Shown: one piece after another, positions 24,471-35,426 of the stretch
How the letters are laid out: each line of letters begins with the position of its first letter
Numbering within the stretch: the stretch's first letter is position 1
Assembly (NCBI RefSeq): GCF_044704955.1
Contig: NC_091997.1
Span: 42,346,001-42,410,000, forward strand
From: Pristiophorus japonicus
Lineage: Eukaryota
Length of the DNA: 64,000 nt
Direction: 5' to 3'
Notes under the pieces: generated by a model
What the model saw: only the letters and a program-made list of their open reading frames with translations
What the model was told of the DNA's origin: nothing
The model's database searches: none
Position numbers and translations under genes: made by a program

Positions 24471-25629
24471 AATATTTTCCCTCCCACAGAAGGCCATTAA
24501 AAGCCCGAGAAGCAGCTCCGGCGGCAATGAGCTCCATGCAGCTTGTGGTTTGGCGCACTTCCAGCTTCCTCGAATGGCGCACTGCGCATAGAAAGTCTCG
24601 TTCCTTCCCCCCACTCCCTTCCAAGATCATATGGGAGGTTCAGACTCTCTCCATTGAGGGCGTCCTTTTGAAATGTGCGAGCAGCTTCTAACGGCTTTAT
24701 TTTTGGGAAAGCAATTAATTCCTCTCTGCCCACTTTACAGACCGTACCCTTTTGGACCATTGTTGTCAGAATTGTCCAACTTGTGGAGTCAAAGCCCATA
24801 CAGGTAGATTTACAAACAGTTTCCAAAAAAAATACCTGCTATTTTCCACTATATCAGTGGACGACAGTAACAAATGACATAGGATCAGAATTCACCTGGA
24901 AAAACGTGTTTGAATGGTTTAACTGGGAGTGAAATTCATCCCAGTGCTCTTCACATTGTTGTATAATATCTATGCAATAAAAGGCATGTGGGTAGCATTT
25001 GTGAAACACAATTATAATCTGATCATTATCTATCACACAGTTTATATTTTCACTTACAGGTTAAGAATAATGAAAGTGCACAACTGCAGTTTGTATTTAG
25101 TTGGTTAATTTTATTCGACTGCTATATTGCTTTGGTTAGTTGGTTTCTTGGGACTGGATTTTTGGTTGAATTGCACCTCTGTTAACACCCCGGAGGGGCG
25201 GTAAAGGGTGTTGAAATGCTTACCACCCGGGTGGCCAGCTTCTAGTACCCTGCCGGCAAATTTGCTGCCGGTTTGCGGCAACGCAAGACATTACACCTGG
25301 CTCTGTAGTTTCATTCAGATCATGACGTTAATCGTCGTGCAACATCCACGCTGGTGCCCCAGTCGCTAAATTAGGTGGTAACGCCTCATTTAACATCCGC
25401 CCCAAGTCACGTCTGAAAAACCAGGTGATCCCACAGTCGAATAGGCGCTATTTGTAGCGTATTTAAATTGAGGGAGGAGGATTCTAAATCGGAGAGCACA
25501 TTGACATTAAAGCGGCAGATTTATCTGCCATGACAGGGTCCGTACAACTTCAGTGAAATAATTTAATGGGGGCATTACTAGTTCGCCAGCGTCTCCTACT
25601 CCATGCTCTTGTTAGGCAGCATCAAGATA

Positions 25630-26520
25630 AAAGGGCTGTTGGCCATGTCAGGCCACACTGAGTGTAAAGTAGCCAAGTTTGCTGACGATACAAAGATGCG
25701 AGGAAAAGCAATGTGTGAGGAGGACACAATAAATCTGCAAAAGGACATAGACAGGCTAAGTGAGTGGGCAAACATTTGGCAGATGGAGTATAATGTTGGA
25801 AAGTGTAAGGTCATGCGCTTTGGCAGAAAAAAAATCAAAGAGCAAGTTATTGATTAAATGGAGAAAGATTGCAAAGTGCCGCAGTGCAGTACAGCAGGAC
25901 CTCCGGATACTTGTGCATGAAACACAAAAGGATAGTATGCAGGTACAGCAAGTGATCAGGAAGGCCAATGGTATCTTGGCCTTTATTGCAAAGGACTGGA
26001 GTATAAAAGCAGGGAAGGCTTACTACAGCTATATAAGGTATTGGTGAGGTCACACCTGAAATACTGCATGCAGTTTTGGTTTCCATATTTACGAAAGGAT
26101 ATACTTGCTTTGGAGGCAGTTCAGAGAAGGTTCACTAGGTTGATGCCGTGGATGAGGGGGTTGACTTATGAGGAAAGGTTGTGTAGATTGGGCCTCTACT
26201 CATTGGAATTCAGAAGAATGAGAGGTGATCTTATTGAAACGTATTAAAACAGAGATGAGGACAAATTTCTTCTCTCAGAGGGTTGTGAATCTGTGGAATT
26301 CGCTGCCTAAGAGCTGTGGAAGCTGTGACATTGAATACATTTAAGACACCAATAGACAGTTTCTTAAACGATAAGGGGATAAGGGGTTATGGGGAGTGGG
26401 CAGGGAAGTGGAGCTGAGTCCATGATCAGATCAGCTGTAATCTTATTGAATGGTGGAGCAGGCACGAGGGGCCATATGGTCTACTGCTGTTCCTATTTCT
26501 TATGTTCTTATGTTCTTATG
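25630..26520 (+). mobile_element. CR1-type LINE 3' part inserted in the Harbinger
   Basis: KFADDTK RT motif, LQKDIDRLSEWANIWQMEYNVGKCKV, FWFPYLRKDILALEAVQRRFTRL, and a (ttcttatg)n 3' tail. Confidence 0.9.
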
Positions 26521-27430
26521 AGGCGAAGCCGTAGACATCTGGACAGGAGGCTTTACACCCCATGGGTTTACAGGCAGCAACGCTCATACCTCTAGCTCTC
26601 TGAAGAGCAGTGTATGAGAAGGCTGCATTTCGGAAAGGAAGTGCTGACAGAGATATTCCATCTCCTGCAGGTAGACCTGCAGCCTAACATTGGCACCAAG
26701 ACTGTGCTGCCTGTCGCAGTGAAGGTCACTGTGGCACTGGCCTTTTATGCCTCCGGCTCCTTCCAGGCTGCATCAGGAGGCATATGCAGAATCTTTCAAT
26801 ATGCTGCATATTACTGCATTTGCCTTGTTACAAAAGCTCTCTACGCCCTCAGAATGGACTTCATAACATTCCCAATGAGCAGGGAGAGCCAGAATGAGCA
26901 GGCATGTGGTTTGGGAGGAATGCGGGCTTTCCGAGGGCTCAAGGAACCATTGACTCTACGCGTGGCCTTGCGAGCACCATTCCACAATGCAAAGGTATTT
27001 AGAAACCGAAAGGGATACCACTCCTTAAATGTGTAGCTGGTGTGCGACCACACGCAGTGCATCCTCGCAGTGAATGCCCGCTATCCAGAGAATGCACATG
27101 ATGCTTTCATCCTGCGTGAAAGCATTGTAGTACAATTGTTTCGGCCATCATGGGAAAGGCACAGCTGTCTGCTCAAGGACAAAGGATATGGCCTAACCAC
27201 CTGAACAATGACCCCCTCCACAACCTCACCACAGAAGCAGAGCATCGCTACAATGAGAGCCATAAGGCCGCCTGCAACATAATTGAGCAGACAATAGGGG
27301 TGCTCAAGCAGCATTTCCGATGCATGGACCGATTTGGAGGCCGCCTTCAATGCTCCCCTTAACAGGTGTTGCAATTCATTGTTGTGTGCTGCATGCTGCA
27401 CAATTTGGCCATCATGAGGGATTGCAGCCC
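26521..27430 (+). pseudogene. Harbinger (HARBI1-like) DDE transposase, disrupted
   Basis: LPVAVKVTVALAFYASGSFQ, NRKGYHSLNV, HDAFIL, YNESH..IIEQTIGVLKQHFRCMD; stops and frameshifts. Confidence 0.85.
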
Positions 27431-27929
27431 CACCTTGGTAGGAGGAGGACGAGGAACAGGAGCCTGGTGAGGCCCCGAATCACCAGGCATACCAGGAGCA
27501 CCATCCACGGAGGAGGCAGCGGGTGATGCTGCCGGTACATGAGCCACATGTCAGTGGCTCATAATGCATCGGTTCTCTTGAATGGAGGAAGCTGAGGAAT
27601 GCAGCTAATAATGACCACGCTAAGTGACATGATAATGGCTCACCTCCGTTAAACTCTACAATGATACACAAGACACCAATGCAAAATGGACAAAGTAACA
27701 TTTTACCAATGACACCAATGTCGTCGCCTCTACCAACACAACCAACCCCGCTGCCCCCCTCCCCCTAGCAAGTATCAAAACAAAACACAATGAAGTGCAA
27801 CAATGTAACTACATATTTACAGACATTATTTACTTTGGGATTGCATCTGTCCATGCTGGGCAAAGTTGTCACTCAAACTTTGCTTGACATTTCCCACCCC
27901 TCACCTTTACCCCTCTGCCACGCCAAGTG

Positions 27930-29930
27930 CTCCTCCTCAATGTGGCCTTAGTGCCTACAGCAAGGCTGCTTGAGGGCTACTGTGTGTGGGGCACACAGTC
28001 CAGACGGCCTACCAGGATGCCCTGGACCAGCTCTGGGCCTGGAAGGCCTATCTGCGGACTACACCACCTGTGGTTGCAGTCTGTGATGGCTCGGCGTAGA
28101 AGGCGGAGTGGCAGTGGTGGTAGCTGGAATGCTGTCATCTTGAGGAAGGACAGCACCTTCTATTTCTAGTTGACCACTGTCACTCTTCACGGGGCGGAGC
28201 GACAGCATCCGGAGCACGATGTGTGAGCACAACTTGTGGCCTGCTTTGGCACCGTCACTTTCCCGTCGGACTGTGGGGAACACAGAGAGGATGGCAGCAG
28301 TCGGTGATTGCATGGCATCACTCTGCGACTGACTCAGAGCACACTGAGCCTGAAACGCAGCACTATGCGAGTTCATGCCAGCAATCACTGACAGCGTCAC
28401 ATCACAGAGTTCTTGTGTCGCTTGGGCCTTTGATGCGATTGCTGCTGCCACGTCAACCATGGCACACGCCATCCCCTCTGGAACCCCACTATCACTCGCT
28501 TAGCCCATATCCCTCTGTGAGTGGGCAAGGATGGGCTCGTTGGACTCCTCAGTGGCACGAGCAATGCTTGAGGTGGCCTCCACCACACTTACAGCAAGTG
28601 CGTCGATGCCCTGTGGGACCTTCTCTATTGGACCCATGAGGTCGAGGTGCATTTGAGTGGTCTCCCTGGACAGAGCCACCAACTCCAGGTCCATGTCTGC
28701 CTGTCTCTCAGTAGGACTTCTGAGCCAATTTATCCTCCAAGGAGCTGGCCTCTGAGCTTCCCCACCCGCTGGGTGTTTCTGTATGCCACTGGGGCCAGGA
28801 GCCTCAGAGTCATCAAACCCCTAAAACTCAGGCTCGTCCACCGATGTGGTCTCCTCACTCGCTGGGATTGATGGCATCTCCCGCTCAGTGAGCACACTGT
28901 CGTCCCCTCCCTCGTCATCTTACCCATCGCCCAATGTTGACGGCTCAGGGGCAAGCTGCTGTGTTTGTGGCTGATCATCTGTAACCACAAAGCAACAGAC
29001 ATGTGGTTAGCAGCAGGAGAGGGGGAGGACCATAAGAGGAAGGCGGCATTGGATATCTATATTTAAAGGGGGTGGGTCAATTGATATCAGATGTCAAAGA
29101 ACTCATATATATTGCTAACACCAGTGACATACCATCACTACCCATAGGGGGCTCTGCCTCACTGCCCACCACCATGCCAGCTGGGGTGCCCATGCAGGCC
29201 GACACTTGCTGTTCGACCTCAGTGATGTGCTGCAGATCAGGTTCTCCACCTCTGGTGCGCTGCTACTCCCGGTGACTGAGTGCCAATTTAATCTGCAATA
29301 AGATCAAGAAGAAGGTGTGAGTGAGTCTGCATCTCATCATGTGGCACATGTGCCTTTCATAGTAGAGTCGCTGCTATTGTGTGAAAGTGTAAAGATGTGC
29401 ATTATAATCTGCGTGGTTGTGCACAGAGCATGTGGGAAGGCTGGGAGGAGGTGAGAGCCACCTTGGATTGTGGTTCAGGGTGACGTTTGGCAAATGCATA
29501 TCAAGAGTCAAATGGTAGCGTGAGGAGGGGGGAGAATGAATAGGGGGCAAGAGGGTCTGTCCTGCCTGAATGCGCAGGGCATGGCTGGTGAACTGAGCCT
29601 GTAGCTTTCAGGTGGATTCACCAACCCGCACCATGGCCTGCAACACATAGAGAAGGGGCAGCTTCCTCAAAGACTTTACACTGTGTGAGACAGAGATCTT
29701 GCAACCATGGCAGGGGTGCATTAATGTAAAGGGTACTCACCCTGATGACCCTCGTGAGGTCATTAAACTTCTTGCGACATTGCGTCTGTCGCAGATGCCT
29801 CCTATGCTATTTCCCACCAAATCTTCAGAACACACTTGGCACGGGCCTCCTTCCTCCAGCAAGATGCAAGGCAGGCCACCTCCTCTCTATGGCCTGTATA
29901 AATGCCTCAGCGGCCATGGCAGAGAAGCGG
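27930..29930 (-). pseudogene. Harbinger Myb/SANT-like accessory gene, spliced and disrupted
   Basis: Minus strand near 29741-29785 reads TQCRKKFNDLTRVIR followed by gtgagt; downstream acceptor near 29295; boundaries approximate. Confidence 0.6.
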
Positions 29931-30344
29931 CGTGCTCTCTGGCATCCTACCTGCTCCTCCATTTTCCCACTCTGCTCAAATTGCACAGGTGGAACTGAAT
30001 GTGTGCAAACTTATAGAGTTGCGCTGTAAACTTTCAGTTGGGCTCGGGAACTATAGCAGACCTCTGCGCATGCACAAGTAAAGTTATGTTTTTTGCGCGG
30101 CAGTTTTTGGTTGGAGGGGGCGCAGAGCACAGGTGTGTAATGCCTGATTTAGTGCCCCTGATCATTGCAGCTGAATTTTGGGCAAATTTCCCGGATGGAG
30201 GCGCAAACTTTATAAGGCACAAAATTTACCGAACCGCTACCATTAGCGCTCTAAGAAGCCTCCAACCGAAATTCCAGCCCTCGTTGCTGATATAACTATG
30301 TGTAACATTAAATTAATATCATTTATATACTATTATCTTATAAT

Positions 30345-30800
30345 AACTTTTATTTATTTAGCGCCTTTAATGTTGTAAAACGTCCCAAGGCACTTCACAG
30401 CAAAACATAACAGATAAATTTGACACCGAGCCACCAAAGAAGAAATTAAGGCAGATGATCAAGAGCTTGGTTAAAGAGGTAGGTTTTAAGGAGCGTCTTA
30501 AAGGAGGAAAGAGAGGTAGAGAGGTAGAGAGGCGGAGAGGTTTGGGGAGGGAGTTCTAGAGCTTAGGGCCCAGGTAGCTGAAGGCTGATGGTTGAGCAGT
30601 TATAATGAGGGATGTTCAAGAGGGCAGAATTTGAGGAGCGCAGACATCTTGTGGGGTTGAGGCTGAAAAAGATTACAGAGATAGGGAGGGGCAAGGCCAT
30701 GGAGTGATTTGTAAACAAGGATGAGAATTTTGAAATCGAGGCATTGTTTACCCCGGAGCCAATGTAGCTCAGAAAGCACAGGGGAGTTGGGTGATCATGA
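30345..30800 (-). mobile_element. L2-type LINE 3' fragment
   Basis: Closely similar to 53911-54510. Confidence 0.75.
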
Positions 30801-31349
30801 CCTATATAGTCATAATACACAGGATGCGGTGTGACAGTCTCCTTCAAAGTCTTCAGTTTGAGTTAATAAAATAGCTGAAGGTGTTATCACGATTTCCTCG
30901 TACCTCAGACTCGAAACTTTATATCTGCCTCTGACGGATGTATAGACCGAGTCCTTCGAGATACCGCTGGCTATTTGTGAAAGGGTTGGAGATGAAGAAA
31001 AAAGGGGACTGCCCTTGTTACGAAAGGATTTATGATGGTGAGGTCAGGCGGGGAAAGTCACTCAGGGCCCTGTGTATTTCTCCATTTCTCTCGTGCCATC
31101 TGCCTCCATTACTCATGGTGTTAATTCAAGTCACTGGCTTTCACCGCCATGTTGGGATTTGCTATCAAAATAAGAGGGAAATTCTGTTTCCAAAATGGAG
31201 GTCGCAGACCTGGAATTTTAGTCCAGTCCGACCGAGTGTGCACAAAATGACCTGTAGTGAGTGCTGCGCTGGTTCAATTCATGTTAAGCGAAAGGTTGAT
31301 GGGATGGAGCAGATGCTGGGTGGCATTCAGCACATAATTTAAATTTAGG

Positions 31350-31510
31350 ATAAAAACAGAAAATGCGAGAAATACTCAGCAGGTCAGGCAGCATCTGTGG
31401 AGAGAGAAACAGAGTTAACGTTACAGGTCAGTGACCTTTCATCAAAACTGGAATATTTCCAGCATTTTCTGGTTTTATTTCAGATTCCAACATCCGCAGT
31501 ACTTTGCTTA
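31350..31510. mobile_element. Short Penelope-like terminal/hairpin repeat
   Basis: aaaaacagaaaatgc..aaatactcagcaggtcaggcagcatctgtggagagag...cagcattttctg; same family as 40160-40360, with decayed copies near 1495-1580 in each array unit. Family assignment is from recollection. Confidence 0.5.
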
Positions 31511-31766
31511 TGTAAATTTTGGACTTAATAAATTCTTCTTTATGTAAGGTGTAGTAGAGCTATTAATAATACCTAATTTTTATACAGAAAAAATACTTGT
31601 GTTGTGTTACAGGTGATCTATGGAATTTTTATAACACATGACAGGGGCCACAGATGCAAAATGATTGGGAGCTCCTGCCAGAGATGATCTCAGACAAAAA
31701 AGTTGAACTGTACAGTGGTAATTGTGGAGTCAGTATGATGGTAGAGAAATAGAGTTGGGTGTATGG

Positions 31767-31813
31767 GAAGGAAGGGAGGGAGGGAAGGAGGGAGGAAGGA
31801 AGGAAGGAAGGAA
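31767..31813. repeat. (GGAA/GGGA)n microsatellite
   Basis: Directly visible. Confidence 0.9.
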
Positions 31814-31829
31814 ATGAATAACCAGATAA

Positions 31830-32605
31830 TCTTTTTTTTATTTATTCATTCATGGGATGTGAGCATCGCTGCAAGGCCAGCATTTATTGCCCATCCCTAA
31901 TTGCCCTTGAGAAGATGGTGATGAGTTGCCCTCTTGAACCGCTGCAGTCTGTGTGGTGAAGGTATTCCCACAGTGCTGTTAGGTAGAGAGTTCAAGGATT
32001 TTGTCCCAGCGCCGATGAAGGAATAGTGATAAATTTCCAAGTCAGGATGGTGTGTAACTTGGAGGTGGTGGTGTTTCTATACGCCTGCTGCCCTTGCCCT
32101 TCTAGGTGATAGAGGTCAGGGGTTTGGAAAGTGCTGTCAAAGAAGCCTTGGAAAGTTGCCGCAGTGCATCTTGTAGATGGTGCACACTGCAGTCATATTG
32201 GGCTGGTGATGGGGGAGTGAATGTTTAAGGAGGTGAATGGGGTGCCAATCAAGTGGGCTGTTTTGTTCTGGATGGTGTCGAGCTTCTTAAGTGTTGTTGG
32301 AGTGGCACACATCCAGGCAAGTGGAGAGTATTACATCACACTCCTGAATTGTGCCTTGTAGGTGGTGGAGAGACTTTAGGGATTCAGGAGGTGAGTCATT
32401 CGCACAGAATACCCAGCCTCTGACCTGCTCTTGTAGCCATAGTATTTATATGGCTGGTCCAGTTAAGTTTCTGGTCAATGGTAACCCCCAGGATGTTGAT
32501 GATAGGGGATTCAATAATGGTATAGCCATTGAATGTCATGGGGAGGTTGTTAGACTTTCCCTTTTTGGAGATGGTCATTGCCTGGCACTTGTGTGGCATT
32601 AATGT
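31830..32605 (-). mobile_element. Non-LTR retrotransposon RT C-terminal fragment
   Basis: PHKCQAMTIS...ILGVTIDQKLNWTSHINTMATRAGQRLGIL; its 3' tail recurs on the plus strand near 48260-48500. Confidence 0.75.
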
Positions 32606-33239
32606 TACTGTTTGGTGATGTGATTGAGGAGGTATGTTGACCAGCACACTAGAAGAACTCCCTTCTCTTCTTCGACTAATGCCATTGGATCTTTTAAATT
32701 CACCTGAGCAAGAAGACAAGGCTTAGTTTAACATTTCATCTGAAATAGAATATTTTCTGGAAAAGCAGCATTCCTCCATAAATTAATTGTAGAATCAGTC
32801 TCAATTATTTTCTTAAATCCTAGATTGGTGTTTGAATCCACAACCTTCTGACTCAGAGGTGACAGTGCTCCCAATTCACTCAATTTGACACATTTAAAAG
32901 CTAACTCTGTGCCTATGGATGACCGTGAAGGAGGCCACATCAATGCTAAATGGAAGAGCACCAAGGATGAATGTGCAGGAGAGTGAGAAGTGGCCATTGC
33001 AGATATGTTGGCTACTTTGGGAAAGGTAGGAATGGAACAAAGTTGTCATGGAAGTGAAATTTAGAGAAGATATGATAGAGAAGGATGGCATGGTCAAACC
33101 TGCCAAACACCATGGGGAGTCATAGAAGCCAAGGAGGAATATAGCACCACTATTGAAGTCACAAGGGATGTCATTAGTGACTTTGACCACAATAGTTTCA
33201 TTTCTGTGGGACAGGTAGAAACCAGACCAAAGGGAGAAG

Positions 33240-33700
33240 TGGGCACAGACTAATTATACAGAAAATAGCAACCAGAATGATTGAGGGGATGGAGGGATTG
33301 GATTATTTGGAGTTATCCTGTAAATTGGCCATCTTCTCATTGCAAAACAGAAGGTTTAGAGGTGATGTGATTGTCATTATTAGGATTCTAAATGGAATAG
33401 ATAATATTGATTATGACAATCTATTTCACCTTCTTCAGGACAGTAAAATCAGAGAACATGACCTGCGCTTGAAGGGTGGGTAGGTGGTGGTGGGTGGGGG
33501 GGAGGGGGAGCGGGGAGCGGGAGGTAAATTCGAAACTAATCTACAGAAACAATATTTCACCGAATGTGAACAATCCACAGAACAGGCCCCTAGCAAGATG
33601 GTGCAAGCTGATGGTATTGATTCATTTGAATGCAAATTAGATATAATTATTTCAATAAATAACTTTTTTGGATAAATATATGAGTAATTTGAAACATAAC
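33240..33700 (+). mobile_element. Old CR1-type LINE 3' fragment
   Basis: MIEGMEGLDY..LAIFSLQNRRFRGDVI resembles CR1 ORF2 C-terminus. Confidence 0.65.
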
Positions 33701-34147
33701 ATTTGTTAAATGCAACATGCTTGGGAGGGTAAAGGTAACTTTGGATGTATGGCTCCCAAAGCTCTCAATCACTGGGGTTTTTCCTTGCTTCATGTCTGTG
33801 TCTGTTCTAGGCTACTTGAAAGAGACTGATTGCTATGCTCCATTATCTTTGTATCATGTGATTACCAGGCAAACTAAAAGACAAACTGAATGGACCATGG
33901 TCATTTTTTATCTAGCAATTCCTGTGTTCCTGTGTGATAATGGCACATCGCCACCCAGAGGAATTGAGGAGCACAGCAATTAGGCCGCTGTGCCATTTTT
34001 CTTTGAGAACAGAGACAAAGCACTTGACTATTCTAAATATCACTGAGTTAGACACAAAAAACACTTTGATTACAGAATTGCTACTTGATTACCCAGTCTT
34101 TGGGAAACATCCCAGAACCGCCCATCAGCAGACTCTGTGGGCACAGA

Positions 34148-34215
34148 TCCCTGGTGATCTAGTGGTTAGGATTCGGCCCTCATATGTGACCTGAAGTTGA
34201 TGCCTGGTCAGGGAA
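34148..34215 (+). pseudogene. tRNA-Glu(CTC)-derived pseudogene
   Basis: tccctggtgatctagtggttaggattcgg...cctggtcagggaa matches the 5' and 3' ends of vertebrate tRNA-Glu; the anticodon and T arms are degraded. Confidence 0.8.
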
Positions 34216-34274
34216 TTCATTTTATTCACTGACTGGTGGGTGGAGAGTGACTAATTGGCACAGATAATAATATT

Positions 34275-34560
34275 ATAGAAACATAGAAAGTAGGTGCAGG
34301 AGTAGGCCATTCGGCCCTTCGAGCCTGCACCACCATTCAATAAGATCATGGTTGATCATTCACCTCAGTACCCCTTTCCTGCTTTCTCTCCATACCCCTT
34401 GATCCCTTTAGCCGTAGGGCCATATCTAACTCCCTCTTGAATAGATCCAACGAACTGGCATCAACAACTCTCTGCGGTAGAGAATTCCATAGGTTAACAA
34501 CTCTCTGAGTGAAGAAGTTTCTCCTCATCTCGATCCTAAATGGCTTACCCCTTATTCTTA
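34275..34560 (-). mobile_element. CR1-type LINE 3' end
   Basis: LRIRGKPFRIEMRRNFFTQRVVNLWNSLPQ and (tttctatg) tail. Confidence 0.85.
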
Positions 34561-35178
34561 GATTATGATTTAGCATTATAAGTTTCTCTTGGTTTAATTT
34601 GACCTTATGTTATATTAGTGGAGCCTCCTTAAATGAAAGGGAACTTGTAGAGCTGTTTTTCTGTAAGTGAAACTGGGGCAGCCCAGCGTCAGCCTTTTAG
34701 GCATCCCCTTCCAGAACAGAGTTAGACTGCCAGCAGTGGGGACGGTGCAATGTCGAGACGAAAGCACTGCGTGCCCCCAGCTCACCACCCCCCACCGTCC
34801 AATGAAGAGAATAGGAACCAGCAGCCTTCAGAAGCTCCGAGTGAGAACGCCAATTCTCCCTGTCCCGCCTCCACTCGCTCCAGGAAGAAGCGGGGAGGAG
34901 CAGACATTGCCCACACAAGCCAGGTCCAATTATTTGCATATTGATATTGACTTTCTTTCGGATGGAATTGAAAACAGCTGTGGAAGCCCAAATCTTAGTC
35001 AGACGTTGGTAGTTTGGTCTCACTTACACCGACACATGTCTGAACTCATGAAACCTGCATTGGTCGGGACTAACCTTCGGGTACTTTCTACTAATTGCCG
35101 ACGGCTCCAGATATTAGTTTATTGGGTGACGTACTCTCACGGGTACTTTTTCTCCTGGACATTTGCTTCTCTCTCCAG

Positions 35179-35225
35179 ATCTGAAAATGAATGTGGTATA
35201 TTTTTCACTTTTGTGATGTAAACAG
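35179..35225 (+). promoter_or_regulatory. Putative promoter module of the plus-strand IFN
   Basis: ATCTGAAAATGAATGTGG followed by TTTTCACTTTTGTGATGTAAACAG; the 24-mer matches the array gene at 23/24. Confidence 0.65.
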
Positions 35226-35309
35226 TGCTGTACACGTAAGATGGTTTATCTGGGGACTGGTTGGCGTCTCTCTCCAATTGCATACTGCACCGAATCCCAT
35301 CTCCAGCAG

Positions 35310-35407
35310 GTAAGAGGCTCTGAGATTTGTTGATTGACTGAGTGACTGAACATGTATTTTTCCCCCCCCGATGCTGAACATGGGCATTTTATTCACTGAC
35401 ATTTCAG
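35310..35407 (+). other. Predicted 5'-UTR intron of plus-strand IFN
   Basis: CAG|GTAAGA donor, ctgac branch-like motif and tttcAG acceptor, 98 nt, ending 19 nt before the ATG. Confidence 0.65.
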
Positions 35408-35426
35408 GTCAGATTTGCTTTGGAGA

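Larger units (their letters stand above)
25150..30280. mobile_element. Decayed full-length PIF/Harbinger DNA transposon
   Basis: Terminal inverted repeats gggactggatttttggttg / caaccgaaattccagccc enclose a plus-strand HARBI1-like transposase and a convergent minus-strand Myb/SANT-like gene. Confidence 0.8.

Noticed and set aside
24092-24614. Long RE/G-rich and SL/P-rich ORFs (also 36944-37595)
   Set aside because: Translations of CT/GA low-complexity tracts.
26521-27430. Domesticated host gene HARBI1
   Set aside because: Contains stops and frameshifts and lies within TIRs alongside a Myb/SANT partner, so it is a transposon relic.
34645-34657. ttgtagagctgtt matching the putative Tx1 target
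   Set aside because: A single 13-nt match with no flanking LTR similarity or insertion; probably chance.
34790-34940. Octamer ATTTGCAT with CCAAT and GC boxes upstream of the plus-strand IFN
   Set aside because: Not conserved in the array paralog, and such motifs are common in repeat-derived sequence; the overlapping 184-aa ORF has no recognisable domain.
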